Source: Octopus sinensis
Taxonomy: Eukaryota
Direction of reading: 5' to 3'
DNA: 64,000 nucleotides
Assembly: GCF_006345805.1 (NCBI RefSeq)
Contig: NC_043010.1
Coordinates: 67,766,001 to 67,830,000, forward strand
This document shows positions 36,625 to 50,700 of the stretch, piece by piece (within the stretch, counting starts at the first letter, position 1; the number at the start of each line of letters is the position of its first letter). The notes under the pieces were generated by a model, which worked only from the letters and a program-made list of their open reading frames with translations, was not told the DNA's origin and did no database searches. The position numbers were made by a program, and so were the translations under genes.

Positions 36625-36930
36625 AGGTTGCAGTCGATCTGATCAACGGAAGGAACAGCCTGCTCATGAGATTAACGTGCAAGTGGCTGAGCGCTCCACC
36701 GACACACGTACCCTTAATGTAGTTCCCAGGGAGATTCAGCATGACACAGAATGCAACAACAAGACTGGTCCCTTTGAATTACTGGTACAACTGGTACAGT
36801 TTTGCCAGCTGAATGGACTGGAGTAACATGAAGTAAAGAGTCTTGCTCAAGGACACAACATGTCACCAGGAATTGAACTCACGACCTTACAGTCGTGAGC
36901 CGAATGCCCAAACCACTAACCTATGCACCT
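36625..36930 (-). mobile_element. SINE family E-related
   Basis: gtcttgctcaaggacac core; tail shared with 47341-47704. Confidence 0.7.
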
Positions 36931-36944
36931 TCATATGTCTTATC

Positions 36945-37340
36945 TTTTACTTGATTCAGTCATTTGACTGTGGCCATGCTGGGGCACTGCCTAAAAGAAT
37001 TTTAGTAGAAAAAAGTCAATCCCACGACTTATTTTTTTAAAGCCAGGTACTTATTTTATCAGTCTCTTTTACTGAACCGCTAAGTTATGTTGATGTAAAT
37101 GCACCAACACCGGTTATCAAGCAGTGCTGGGAGACAAACAGACACAAAGACACATATATATACACACACGAGCGCACGCAGTGGGCTTCTTTCAGTTTCC
37201 GTCTACCAAATCCACTCACAAGGCTTTGGTCGGGGCCAAAACTATAGTAGAAGACACTTGCCCAAGGTGCCATGCAGTGGGACTGAACCCGGAACCATGT
37301 GGCCGGGAAGCTAACCTCTAACCACACAGCCACACCGGAT
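36945..37340 (-). mobile_element. SINE family A
   Basis: Family A motifs in reverse. Confidence 0.85.
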
Positions 37341-37544
37341 ATATACATGTACAGCCACTTTTTCTCTATAACAGTAAATATTATCCCTCGTCTAATAATA
37401 TCTTATCTTCACACCCCTGCCTATTCTGGTAGTTATCTCCCAACCATGGAACTTATCCTACAAGAATATGAAAAAAAAAAAAAACCCTTCCCCCCTCCAC
37501 ACACCCATTCCATTCCAGCAACAGCCATCAATGCCAAATTATAT

Positions 37545-37756
37545 ACTCTTTTACTCGTTTCAGTCATTTGACGGCGGCCATGCTGGAGCACCGCCTTTTA
37601 GTCGAGCAACTCGACCCCGGGACTTATTCTTTTTGTAAGCCCAGTATTTATTCTATCGGTCTCTTTTTGCCGAACTGCTAAGTGACGGGGACGTAAACAC
37701 ACCAGCATCGGTTGTCAAGCAATGCTAGGGGAACAAACACAGACACACAAACATAT

Positions 37757-37787
<31 letters not shown>

Positions 37788-37959
37788 CATAAATACGACA
37801 GGCTTCTTTCAGTTTCCGTCTACCAAATCCACTCACAAGCCATTGGTCGGCCCGGGGCTATAGCAGAAGACACTTGCCCAAGATGCCACCCAGTGGGACT
37901 GAACCCGGAACCATGTGGTTGGTTAGCAAGCTACTTACCACACAGCCACTCCTATGCCT
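37545..37959 (-). mobile_element. SINE family A, full length
   Basis: Family A motifs in reverse. Confidence 0.88.
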
Positions 37960-38936
37960 GATATATGAACTTTTTGATGAAGACTTTAACAGAATGCAAT
38001 ATTTTGATAGAGAAGAAAAGAAATACCTCAGAACACTCACAACGAAGAATTTGATATTGATCCGGCAGAATATGGAAACCGAAACAGAAAGGTGAGAATG
38101 AAGAGAAGCGGAAGCCGTAGACAGTGGTTTAAGAAAAGGTTGAAGAATTAGTTTGCAGAATCTACAACATTTTCGCTAATATTAGTAAAACAGATCTACT
38201 GGATTGCCTAAGAAAAAAAAGAAAAAAAACAAAATAATATTTTTCTTGTGGCCATGCTGGGGCACCACCTTCAAGGGTTTTAGAAGAACAAATTGATCCC
38301 AGTATTTTTTTAAAGCCTGGTACTTATATCAGGCTATTTTGTCAAGTTGCTAAGTTACATGGACACAAACAAACCAACAGCTGTTGTCAAGCTGTGTTGG
38401 AGTGGGGTGGTGGAAAAGACATAGATATATGTGAAGGGCTTCTTTCAGTTTCTGTCAACCAAATCCCCTCACAAGATTTTGATCAGCCCAGGGCATTAAT
38501 AAAAAAAAACACTTGCGGAAAGTGCCATGCAATGGGACTGAACTCAGAACCATGTGGTTGGGAAGCAAACTTCTTACCACACAGCCACACCTGCAATAAT
38601 AATAATAATCGTTATTTAACGTCTGCTTTCTATGTTGGCATGGAAAAAGGAGGTTGGGAAGCAAGCTTCTTACCACACAGCCACATCATTTTATGTCTAG
38701 TTTTCCATGGGCCAGAGACAGAATTTGTTGAGGCAGGTGTCTTCTACAGCTGGGATGCCCTTCCTGTCACCAATCCTCACCCGTTACCAAGCAAAGTAAT
38801 ATTTTCGCCACAGCTAGACATGCTACTCATGGAACACTGGAACCAAGCAACCTTACATGTACGAAGATTATACACATTTACAGCAATCATATGATGCCGA
38901 AACAAAGGCACGCACACACCAGATTATAAATATGAC

Positions 38937-39310
38937 AGGCGGCGAGCTGGCAGAACCGTTAGCACGCCGGGCGAAATGCGTAGCCGTATTTCGTCTGCCG
39001 TTACGTTCTGAGTTCAAATTACGCCAAGGTCGACTTTGCCTTTCATCCTTTCGGGGTTGATAAATTAAGTACCAGTTATGCACTGGGGGTCAATGTAATC
39101 GACTTAATTCGGTTGTCTGTCCTTTCTATGTTTAGCCCCTTGTGGGTAGTAAAGAAATAGGTATCTTGCCCGTCTTTACGTTCTAAGTTCAAATTCCGCC
39201 GGGGTCGATAAATTAAGTACCAGTTATGCATTGGAGTCAATATAATCGACTTAATTCATTTGTCTGTCCTTGTTTGTCCTTTCTATGTTTAGCCCATTGT
39301 GTATAATAAA
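38937..39310 (+). mobile_element. Family B SINE plus a partial second unit
   Basis: ggcggcgagctggcagaaccgttagcacg..gagttcaaatt. Confidence 0.85.
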
Positions 39311-40107
39311 GAAACAGCTTATAAATATGACACACTAACCACTAGGCCAGGAACCTTCACAAATGTAATGCTTATTTATTCACATTGCTTTGAATGACTC
39401 ACTATTTCAGAGCTTCAAGATTTCAATGATGTGATTGTTTGTTTCCAGAATGCCGTTTTAGGGTTAAGTGTTAGAGGTCAGAATCTGGTCAGTTTTAACA
39501 AAAAAAAAGCACGTAGAATATTTAAGCCGGATACAGCTGGCTTAAATGCTAAAGGGCAATATGTAAATGTAAGTATCCATTAGCAAAAGTATTATCTTCC
39601 TCGGAATAGACAGACTGCCAAGAATAACACATTATTGGGCAGCACAAATAAGCATATCTGCATATTACAACACAAATATAATCAGCAGATTGTGTTTTAT
39701 ATATGTGTATGTGTGTATATATCTGTAATGCATTATTTTCATTTGAAGAGCACTTTTTTTTTTTTTTTTTTTTTTTTACACCCATATATTGACCTTCTGT
39801 GTAACGAGTGACCTCTGATTAAATCAGTGGGGAAAAAAAAATGACTGCAGTAAATAAAGCTATCTGCTGATGGAAACAGGAATGTATTCAAAAGTAGGTG
39901 ATAAAAAAAAAAAGAATTGCACTCGTACATACCCGGGTAGCCAAGCAAATGATGCATAACAACAATTTAGTCAATATGTTGATAAGGTGCGTCAAGCTAA
40001 GTAAAAGTCTTCCACATATATTGGCTTGTCCTTTTACCTGTTGGTGCTAATTAAAAAAAAACTGTGCCAGAGGTGCATGGACACACCTTGGTGTTGTGTT
40101 GACGCAC

Positions 40108-40440
40108 CCATCATCATCATCATCATCGTTTAACGTCCGTTTTCCATGCTAGCATGGGTTGGGCGGTTCAACCGGGGGTCTGGGAAGCCAGGAGGCTGCG
40201 CCAGGCTCCAGTCTGATCTGGCAGTGTTTCTACAGCTGGATGTCCTTCCTAATGCCAACCACTCCGTGAGTGTAGCGGGTGCTTTGTACGTGCCACCGAC
40301 ACAGGGCCCAGAGGAGGCTGGCAAACGGCCACATTTGGTTGGAGCATTTTATGTGTCACAGACACGGACGCCAGTCAGGCGGCACTGGCATCAGCCATGT
40401 TCGGATGGTGCTTTTTACATGCCACCAGCACGGGTATCAG
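40108..40440 (-). mobile_element. SINE-like family C
   Basis: (cat)n, then the family C body in reverse. Confidence 0.85.
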
Positions 40441-40627
40441 AGTGCTAAATGGATGCACCCATGCTGGTGCTGTATGGGACGTACCCATGCCTGTGGGAGG
40501 TTAAAAGCACCCAACATACACTTAAGTGGTTGGCATTAGGAAGGGCATCCAGCTGTAGGAACCATGCCATAAGAGACAGTTGGGGGGTCTGGACAGCTCC
40601 TTGCTAGCCACTTCCATGTCAAACCCA

Positions 40628-40853
40628 TTTCTTTATTACCCACAAGGGGCTAAACATAGAAGGGACAAACAAGGACAGACATAGGTATTAAGTCGATTAC
40701 ATCGACCCCAGTGCGTAACTGGTACTTAATTTATCAACCCCGAAAGGATGAAAGGTAAAGTCGACCTCGGCGGAATTTGAACTCACAACGTAACGGCAGA
40801 CAAAATACCGCTAAGCATTTTGCCCGAAGTGCTAATGTTTCTGCCAGCTCGCC
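40628..40853 (-). mobile_element. Family B SINE inserted into a family C copy
   Basis: The family C body (40500-40625) resumes after 40853 (caaaccatccaacccatgcc). Confidence 0.8.
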
Positions 40854-41209
40854 AAACCATCCAACCCATGCCAGCATGGAAAATAGACATTAAACAATTA
40901 TGATTTCGCAAGCATGGCTGAGTGGAAAGACGGTTGCTTCCCAACCACATGGTTTCAGATTCAGTGCTGCTGAGCGAGTGTCATCTACCATAGCCCCAGG
41001 CTGACCAAAGCCTTGTGAGTGGATTTGGTAGATGGAAACTGAAAGAAGCTCATCGTGTGAATATATTGGTGCATGCACATGCCTGCATTGCATTATGTAA
41101 GTGAGTTTCACTGTCATGCAAATGTTGTACTATGTTTCTAATCTTCCAAGACATGTCTGGCCATGGAGACTTATTACCTCGCTTGTGTATATATGCATTC
41201 TCTTTACAC

Positions 41210-41442
41210 TTTACTCTCTTACTTGTTTCAGTCATTTGACTGCGGCCATGCTGGAGCACCGCCTTTGGTCGAGCAAATCGACCCCAAGACTTATTCTTTG
41301 TAAGCCCAGTACTTATTCTATCGGTCTCTTTTGCCGAACCGCTAAGTGACGGGGACGTAAACACACCAGCACCGGTTGTCAAGCAATGCTATAGGGACAA
41401 ACACAGACACACAAACATATACACACACATACATACATACAA

Positions 41443-41475
<33 letters not shown>

Positions 41476-41632
41476 TACGACAGGCTTCTTTCAGTTTCCG
41501 TCTACCAAATCCACTCACAAGGCTTTGGTCGGCCCGAGGCTATAGTAGAAGACACTTGCCCAAGATGCCACGCAGTAGGACTGAACCCGGAACCATGTGG
41601 TTGGTTAGCAAGCTACTTACCACACAGCCACT
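41210..41632 (-). mobile_element. SINE family A, full length
   Basis: Family A motifs in reverse. Confidence 0.88.
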
Positions 41633-42150
41633 TTTAAAATGACATTGTCGGGTAGGTGTGAGAAGCTGAATGTGGTCAGTGTCAGCACAAAAGAGGTTAT
41701 GGCCGGAATGAATGCTAAAATGTTAAATTTAAAACCCAGTTTTCATTATTCAATAAAGGCCGATTTGGAGCAAAAGGTTAAAAAAAGCAAAAAAAAAAAA
41801 AAACCCATTCTACCTATTCTTTATTTAAGTAGCGGACTTTTGTATGCAGTGGTAAATCACTACGGCTGGTGTTGGTGCTTTCTAGGAAATACCTAAATAG
41901 TTTGGTCCTAATTGAATTCACAATTTTTAATACAAGATCAATCACTTGTTGAATTTTTGCCAACATTCTGCACCGTATTTATTGGTGAATAATATTCTGG
42001 CAAGATGGTGAGCTAGACAAGTTGTTAAAGTAACAGATTACCTCTTGGCATTCATTCTGCCTTTCTGTACTCCAAGTTCAAATGCCACCAAGGTCAACTT
42101 TGCCTTTTATACTTTCGAGGTCGATACACAAAGCACTGTTCCTGGAGTTG

Positions 42151-42218
<68 letters not shown>

Positions 42219-42225
42219 TGGCTTC

Positions 42226-42525
42226 TGTGCCGGTGGCATGTAAAAAGCACCATCCAAGCGTGACCGATGCCAGCGCCGCCTTGACTGGCTTCCGTACCAA
42301 TGGCATTTTAAAAGCACCAACTGATCATGGCCACTGCCAGACTCCCCTGGCACGTAAAAAGCACCCACTACACTCGAGGAATGGTTGGCGTAAGGAAGGG
42401 CATCCAGCTGTAGAAACACTGCCAGATCAGACTGGAGCTGCCTCCTGGCTTCCCAGACCCCGGTCGAACCGTCCAACCCGTGCTAGCGCGGAAAACAGAC
42501 GTTAAACGATGATGATGATGATGAT
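42226..42525 (+). mobile_element. SINE-like family C
   Basis: Family motifs and (gat)n tail. Confidence 0.85.
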
Positions 42526-42628
42526 ATATATACATATATATAAAATAATAATTTGAGAGAATATTATTCCTAACTTACAGCGAAAAATTCAATTTAGAAA
42601 TACTAAATCAAATTTCACAAAATATAAT

Positions 42629-42868
42629 ATATATATAAATTAGAAAAACACACCTTTTATCAATTCAAAATGAAAAATTAAATTACACCATCTAGAAAAT
42701 TATATATAACAGAAATATTAAATATAAGATAAAAATTACTTAATCATCGGTATATTATTTTTATCTTATATTTAATTTTTCTATTATATGTAATTTTCTA
42801 GATAGTGTAATTTAATTTTTTCATTTTGAATTGATAAAAGGATTTTTTTTCTAATTTATACATATATA
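42629..42868. repeat. AT-rich fold-back with ~110-bp arms
   Basis: ccttttatcaattcaaaatgaaaaattaaattacaccatctagaaaatt pairs with aattttctagatagtgtaatttaattttttcattttgaattgataaaagg. Confidence 0.85.
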
Positions 42869-43190
42869 TCATCATCATCATCATCGTTTAACGTCCGTTC
42901 TCCATGCTAGCATGGGTTGGACGGTTCGACCGGGGATCTGGGAAGCCAGAAGGCTGCACCAGGCTCCAGTCTTATCTGGCAATGTTTCTACAGCTGGATG
43001 CCCTTCCTAACGCCAACCACTCCGTGAGTGTAGTGGGTGCTTTTTACGTGCCACCTGCACAGGTGCCAGGCGAGGCTGGCAACGGCCACGGTCGGATTGG
43101 TGTATTTTATGTGCCACCGGCACGGAAGCCAGTCGAGGCGGAGCTGGCATCGGCCACGAGTCGGATAGTGCTTTTTACGTACCACCAGAC
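42868..43190 (-). mobile_element. SINE-like family C
   Basis: (cat)n, then the family C body in reverse. Confidence 0.88.
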
Positions 43191-43657
43191 CAGGGATCCT
43201 GGCTGGTTCAATTCGATTTCGATTGCCCCAACATGTCTTCGCAAGCATATATATATATATATATACACATATATATATATCTGTCTTTTTTCTAGTCTGC
43301 TTGCTTCTCTCCTTTTCTGGAAGGAATCGACTGTGGCCAGACCTGGAGAGAGATGGACACGATCTAAAAGACGACCAAGACACTCTGTATGTCAGAACAG
43401 TACCTCTACAACTCCATCAACAGCTGAGAGCTCGACGCAAAGCAAGGCAGTAACTATGGTATGAATCAGATTTTGGAAACTCAGAATGCATTTTTTTTTC
43501 CTTCTTTCTTGGCAAAAGCAATATATTCCTTTGCTGCAAGCCAGCACCCTTATTGGCACACTGTTAATAGTAATCAATACAAGTTTCTCAAGTGATAAAC
43601 TGTCAATAATCACTATTTATTATTATTAAGGTAGCAAGCTGGTAGAATCATTAGCAT

Positions 43658-43818
43658 GTGCAGGAGTGTCTGTGTGGTAAGTAACTTGCTTATCAACCAC
43701 ATAGCTCCGGGTTCAGTCCCACTGCGAGGCACCTTAGGCAAGTGTCTTCTACTATAGCCTTGGGCCAAACGAAGCCTTGTGAGTGGATTTGGTAGACGGA
43801 AACTGAAAGAAGTTCGTC

Positions 43819-43868
<50 letters not shown>

Positions 43869-44030
43869 GTTGGTGTAATTACGTCCCTGTAACTTAGCAG
43901 TTTGGCAAAAGAGACCAGTAGTAGAATAAGTACTAGGCCTACAAAGAATAAGTCCTGGGGTTGACTTACTCGACTAAAGGCGGTGCTCCAGCATGGCCAC
44001 AGTCAAATGGCTGAAACAAGTAAAAGAGAG
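43658..44030 (+). mobile_element. SINE family A
   Basis: Family A motifs. Confidence 0.85.
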
Positions 44031-44615
44031 TATGCCTGACAAAATGATTTGCAACATTTCTGTCGTCTTCACATTCTGAGTTCAAATTCAACTGAAGTCC
44101 ACTCAATCTTTCAAAATTTTGGGGTTGATAAAAATAACTACCAGTTGAACACTGGGGTTAATGCTTTCGACTAGGGCCCCAACGACTTCACAATTAAGGC
44201 CATGTGCAGATAGCAGAAAAGGATTATTATTATTATTATTATTATTATTATCCAGCCGTAGAAACACTGCCAGATCAGACTGGGCCTGATGCAGCCTTCT
44301 GGCTTCACAGACCCCAGTTGAACCGTCCAACCCATGCTAGCATGGAAAACGGATGCTAAATGATGATGATGATTAAGGGGGTGAGCTGGCGGGATTGCTA
44401 GCATGCCAGACAAAGCTTAGCAGCATTTCATCTGACTTTGCATTCAGAGTTCAAATTCCACTGAGGTCAACTTTGCCTTTCTTCCTTCTGGGTCAATAGA
44501 ATAAGTACCAGTCGAGCACTTGGAGCAATAATACTGACTAACCTCTTTCCCTAAAATTCAAACTATTATTAAAGGCAGTAAGCAGGCACTATGCTTAGTG
44601 GCATTTCATTCATCT

Positions 44616-45031
44616 CGTTTCAGCGAGCTGGCAGAACCGTTAGCACGGCGGGCGAAATGCGTAGCCGTATTTCGTCTACCATTACGTTCTGAGTTCAAAT
44701 TCCGCCGAGGTCGACTTTGCCTTTCATCCTTTCAGGGTCGATAAATTAAGTACCAGTTACGCACTGGGGTCGATGTAATTTGCTTGGCGTATAGGTTCCA
44801 CACCTGGACGGGATGCCGATCCGTCGCAGGTGAGCTGCAAGATGCACGAGGAAAGAGTGAGAGAAATTTGTGACGAAAGAGTCAGCAGAAGTTGGCCATT
44901 ACCTTCTGCCAGACCTACATGAAGATTAGGTGTTTCGCTCATAAACACACACATCGCCCAGTCTGAGATTCGAACCCAAAATCCCTCGACCGCGAGTCCG
45001 CTGCTCTAACCACTAGGCCATGTGCCTCTAC
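44616..45031. mobile_element. Family B SINE (+) abutting a 3'-truncated family D SINE (-)
   Basis: B head at 44620; D head ends at 45031. Confidence 0.8.
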
Positions 45032-45745
45032 ATCACTGTACAATTCCATTATTATGGATTTGAATTGGGACCTTGAATCATAGTGACTCTTACATTAGGT
45101 GAGTCACAACCATGGACACCACTCCTATGCAGTTTACTCTCTTCATAGAGCTTGGTGATCCTGAACGGTCATCTTCTCGGATTCCTCTGCTCAAGGCCAA
45201 TGTAAGAAGCACCGTTGGTTCAGCTGAGCTCGGCTACTGCCTCTTTACAATCCACCAAAGTCCTATGACTTTGCCGTATCCCAGACAGAGTGGCCAAAGC
45301 AGGGCCGTCGCATGACTTTTAGAGACCCCTTGCAACTTTCTGTTTTGAGGCCCCATCTCGTCAATCAAAATTCATGATCTACGCACCTTTATTAACTGCA
45401 AAAATCAAACAGTCCCTTACAGCTTGCTGTATTTTAGAATCCCCACAGCAGATTCTGCTCTGATGATTCTAAAATACAATACATAAAAAACTAACGGTAT
45501 ATCTTTTTCTACCCCTCTGTACTTAGATACACACATACACACAAACTTGTGTGTGTGTTTTCACATGCACACAAACTTGTGTGTGTGTTTTCACATGCAC
45601 ACACCTTGTTTTTGGCACAGGAAGAATTTTGTCTCCAGTTTTTATTGCCTTAGGAGGTCAAAGGCCACTGTTCTGGGTACAAAGTGACCAGCTTTTCAAC
45701 AATGTCAAATAACGCCATATATATATATATATATATATATATTAT

Positions 45746-46140
45746 GAGTGGCTGTGCGGTAAGTAACTTGCTTACCAACCACATGGTTCAGGGTTCAGTC
45801 CCACTGCATGGCACCTTGGGCAAGTGTCTTCTACTATAGCCTTGGGCCAACCAAAGCCTTGTGAGTGGATTTGGTAGACGGAAACCAAAAGAAGGCTGTC
45901 ATATATATACATATATGTATGTGCATGTATATGTTTATGTGTCTGTGTTTGTCCCCCCAACATCGCTTGACAACCGATGCTGGTGTGTTTACGTCCCCGT
46001 AACTTAGTGGTTCAGCAAGAGAGACCGATAGAATAAGTACTAGGCTTAGAAAGAATAAGTCCTGGAGTCGATTTGCTCAACTAAAGGTGGTGCTCCAGCA
46101 TGACCGCAGTCAAACAAGTAAAAGAGTTAAGAGAGTAAAG
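45746..46140 (+). mobile_element. SINE family A
   Basis: Family A motifs. Confidence 0.85.
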
Positions 46141-46524
46141 AGTAAGGGGAGAGAGCAGCAGATGGTCAGAAATTTTGGTGGAGGGGGTTAAGAATAAGTA
46201 TAACATAGGCGGAAGTGTTGTTTGAGAAATATCAGTGAGGAGAGAGAGGGGGGGATAAGGTGAGAGGGACTGATCAGAAAGTAGGGGTGATGTGTGGGTG
46301 GGTGTGTAGTTATAAATATCTTTTCATGGGAATTTTGTTATTAATTTAGTTTCATTTTCAAATGTGGTGTAAAACGGAAGTGCACAAATAAAAGAAAGAA
46401 AAGAAATTCTTCAAACATCAGAAACGCACACATAAAAAAAACAGATGCAATAAATTTTGGTTGCATTCTGGAAGAGATACCGTTACCCCACGGGGGGAAG
46501 GAAAAAGGTATGGAATTGGAAGTG

Positions 46525-46580
<56 letters not shown>

Positions 46581-47340
46581 AAAACAGAGAAATTTTCTGG
46601 GAGAAAAATATCTTTCAGACTTGTAATTCCGTGGCAGGAAACAGAGAAAAAAAACCCTTTTTTTTTTAATGAAAAAGAAACCCCCCCACCACCACCACCA
46701 ATTCCTTACTCCCTTTCTTAAAAAAAAAAAAAAAAAAATTTTGTTGTGGTAGTTACTCCAAAATTCGAACTCCCCATCTTCTCAAACACACGAACATATT
46801 TTGATTTTTAAAATGTTACTAGCAGCAGATATTTGGAATTGTAGTGGAGGTGGAGGGAGAGGCGGTTCTCCAATATGATTAACGTCATTGGAACTTGGAC
46901 GAAAGAATGTTGCAAAACAAAACATTTAGCAGAATTAGTGACAAATAAAAAATACAACCAACACGAGGTGTAATTAATTCAAAATTTGGACAGCAAAACT
47001 GTAATTAGAATCAAAAGAAAATGACAGTGAGTAAGCCTTGACCCGTGTGGAATAAACAAGATGTTTGTACAAATCTTCAAACCAAGGAAGGAGCTAAGAT
47101 GGAAATAGGGAGAGGAGGGGGATGATATTCAGGGTCACGACGCTCTTCTAGCTTTTAGTTCACGGAGGTGAGACGGCTTATATTAGTATCTTGTCCCACC
47201 TTCCTAACTCCATCCTTGCGGACTTTAACGTATACTGGTCGGTAGTTCTCAATAGCTATTTGATTTGCATTACATCTTAGGACTTTCCTTAGCACAACGG
47301 TAGGCGTAACATTTAGGACGTTATGCAATTCTGTAATATA

Positions 47341-47704
47341 AATTGTGGCACTCGGTCGGTTACGACGGTGAGAGTTCCTGTTGATCCGATCGACAGGAAA
47401 TTAACGTGCAAGTGGCTGAGCACTCCACAGACACGTGTACCCTTAACGTAGTTCTCGGGGAAGATTCAGCGTGACACAGAGTGTGACAAGGCTGGCCCCT
47501 TTGAAATACAGGTACAACAGAAACATGAAGAAAGAGTGAGAGCAAGTTGTGGTGAAAGAGTATAGCAGGGTTCGCCACCACCCCCTGCCGGAGCCTCGTG
47601 GAACTTTGTAGGTGTTTTCGTTCAATAAACACTCACTAGGAATCGAAACTGCGATCCTACGACCGCGAGTCTGTTGCCCTAACCACTGGGCCATTGCGCT
47701 TCCA
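47341..47704 (-). mobile_element. tRNA-derived SINE: family D-related head with an E-type tail
   Basis: Head gtggaagcgcaatggcccagtggttagggc..gtttcgattcc; TSD ctgtaatata (47331-47340, 47705-47714). Confidence 0.85.
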
Positions 47705-50700
47705 CTGTAATATACACAGCAGTAACTGAATCGTGTATATCAACAATAAATACTATTGAATCCTGCGACCCGCGGGATTTTATGAAATGGCATGATTTTT
47801 GGTTGTTTTTAGTAGTGACTCCTGCCTGATAAGCCCTGTCGCATGCAGGCCGCTTCTCGGGAAGGGCTACTCATGTCTGATTTAAATATTTTCAGCTGAC
47901 GTCGGGACATAAACAGCTCAACTTTCGCGCGATGCATCCTGTTTTACTACAAATACCATCTTAAATCGTGTATACACAGGGCAATTTTCTAGGGGGACCC
48001 CACCGTTCTACAGACCCAGAGCTTATCAAGGTATGCCGTGGCTTGCTGTCAATAAATAAAGACTATAGGCCTCGGCTCCTAGAGTCTGCCTTCACCCACT
48101 ATACTAATGATTTCTTTCAATTAAGACGGCCAGTCAAATGAATCGACCCAGTTTACATTTCCGGTGTTTATTTCCAATGTCACAGGTGGGTTGTGAGATA
48201 ATAAACACAGACGATGGAGACGAGATAGTGAACCAGGGACCAAGAAGAACGAAACTAAATACTTCAATAGTACAATTCGATGATACACGGTTTGCTGTCC
48301 GAGAAATCAATCAACAGCTGGTACTTTCCACGTATTATCAATCATGAAATTAATCAAATTTACTCAAGCTATTATATCCTCTCTATGTTTATATTAGCTA
48401 TATTTCATACACACACACAACTCTATTAAACGCACTGAATATATACATTGTTTAATATGAGTTGCTTTTGTTTGTTTAGTTCCAAAACCTAAGGCGGTGA
48501 TGGGCAAAATGCGGCCAGCAGGATTTTCTGAACGGCACGACTAAATTAAATATCTTGATTTTTTGTTTAGTAGTTGTGACCCGTTTTTCGATTAAGGTTA
48601 CTCATACTTGCACTAAAATGTTATTATTTAAAAAAAAAAAAAAGAGAGAGAGATTTGGCTGTTGTTTCTAGTAGGTTAACGACCGCGGTAAGCAAGAGCG
48701 GGCAACGTTACCCACTGGCAAAATCTCGTGAAAGAAAAACAAAACTATTTGATGTTTTTACAACCAAAACAGCAATTTAAGTTGTGTGCCTGTTATTAAA
48801 TCAAAAAGATTTGTAATTTCCTCGATGCATTTGCGCTTGACACTCGCCCCTCTCACTGAAAAAGCCTCCCCGTTTTGGTCCAGAGGCCTCACTCAAGTCA
48901 GCCTTAATTGAGCAAAAAGTCATGGTGATACCTTATTCACCAAGTTTTAACAGCCGAACAAAATCCCCCATGGGGGCAAAAAAAGAAACCTCAATTAAAA
49001 TGCAAAGAGAAAAAAAATGTATAAAATAAAACTTCTTTGTTTAAAGTTTTTCAACAACAAAAACGAAAACCCATTTTTTCGGGTAAAATAATGAAAGTGG
49101 TAAATGCATTCAATAAATGGTACTTCAGCACTTTTTTCATTCTACTAAAAAAATTGAATATTTAATTATCACATAAATCTTTTTCTCCTATTTAAAATCT
49201 TTAATTACTGAGTGTTTTTTTTTAAATCTCATTACAAGATTTCGGTTCTACTTCACATTTTAAAAGTGAAATTTGTTTGTCCCAGTCAGGTGGGTTGTAC
49301 AAAAACTCAGGTAGGATATAACACTGTCTTTATCTAAAGAGCTAAATCAAGTTAACGCGTAAAGGATTGCCTTGCTGGTTTCGATAGTGTATATAATTAC
49401 ACATACCGTCATTTTGTGTGTATTTGTATACACACGCATACCTCAACTTACGTCATTTCGAGTTGTCTTTTTTCGACTTTACATTTTTTTTTTTAAAAGA
49501 AAAACCTCACCTTCATTTGATTTAGTCAACTTTACGTCGGCATATTCAAACACAGGTGAAAAAAAACAAATAATACTGAAGCGGAAAATCACAATAAATG
49601 TGAAAATATGTACAAACAAATTAAAACAGATATGAGCTAATGAAATTTTTAAACTGTCTTTTCGTGTTACGTCGTTTTTTCGAGTTAAGTCGCATGTCTT
49701 GGCACCATTACAAAAGCAAGTTGAAGTATGCCTGCATGTGTACACACACATTATATATATATATATATAGACTATAAAAACACTGGACTACCTGTCGTGC
49801 AATGTCTTACGTAATGTCTTAAACAGTTCTTTCACTATTTAGCAGTTTCCGTCGTTCAATTTCTAAACTCAAATCCGGCCAGGGTTGACAGATCGATATA
49901 CTTTTTAATGTTCCAAGGGAGGGAGCGGGGATGAGATGAGAGGGGGAGAAAATGGATTAAATAAATACCAGGTATCTACTAGGACTAACCCAATATCAAC
50001 GACATCCAAATATACCATATTTAACACAAAATACGAGGCCGTATGCTGTTGTTTTAAAAAAACAAAAAGAAATCTCAATTCAATGCAAAGGACACGAACA
50101 ATATGGAACGTGTGGGGGTGTATAAAATAAAGGATTGTGTGTGTGTGTGTGTAGAAAATGAGAATTTGGATTTAAATTAGATTTAAATTGAGCGAACTAA
50201 TTATCTGTAAGGAAATTAGAATGGATCATATACAGAGCTGTATAACCCCAAGTAAGTCCTGGCTTACCAGACAGAGCTAATAACCACAGGTGTTCCAAAC
50301 ATGGCAATCACATTTGTTTTTCCTTTTCGGGTATAAGCTACCTAGGATTACATTATCCAATGTGTTGTTCTCTTTTTAAAGTAACGTCGGATTTGAATAA
50401 GATTTGGCTGGGGTTTCTTTATTCTATTTTCTTGGTTTTTTTTTAAAGCAAAACCGAGTGACTGACTGCACAGAGGTTTTCTGTCCTTCCCTCATTAACT
50501 CTCCACAGCACCTGAAGTTGTTTATTTCACCGCAAGCCAGCCTCGCTTGAGAAGAGCTATGACGAAAAACGTTCCAACTATGACCATCCCACCTTTTTAT
50601 TTATTTATTTATTTATTTATTTATTTTTTGTTATGAGTATCTAGGACAACTACAGGTAAACTGCGGCTCGTAGGACTTTGTAAATGATACATCTAACAAA

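Noticed and set aside
42904-43464. 186-aa ORF as a gene
   Set aside because: Its first two thirds are an antisense family C SINE and (TA)n.
43392-43500. Hydrophobic minus-strand peptide (NLIHTIVTALLCVELSAVDG) as signal-peptide exon of the three-finger gene
   Set aside because: No in-frame ATG and no good phase-2 donor; exon 53266-53384 fits exactly.
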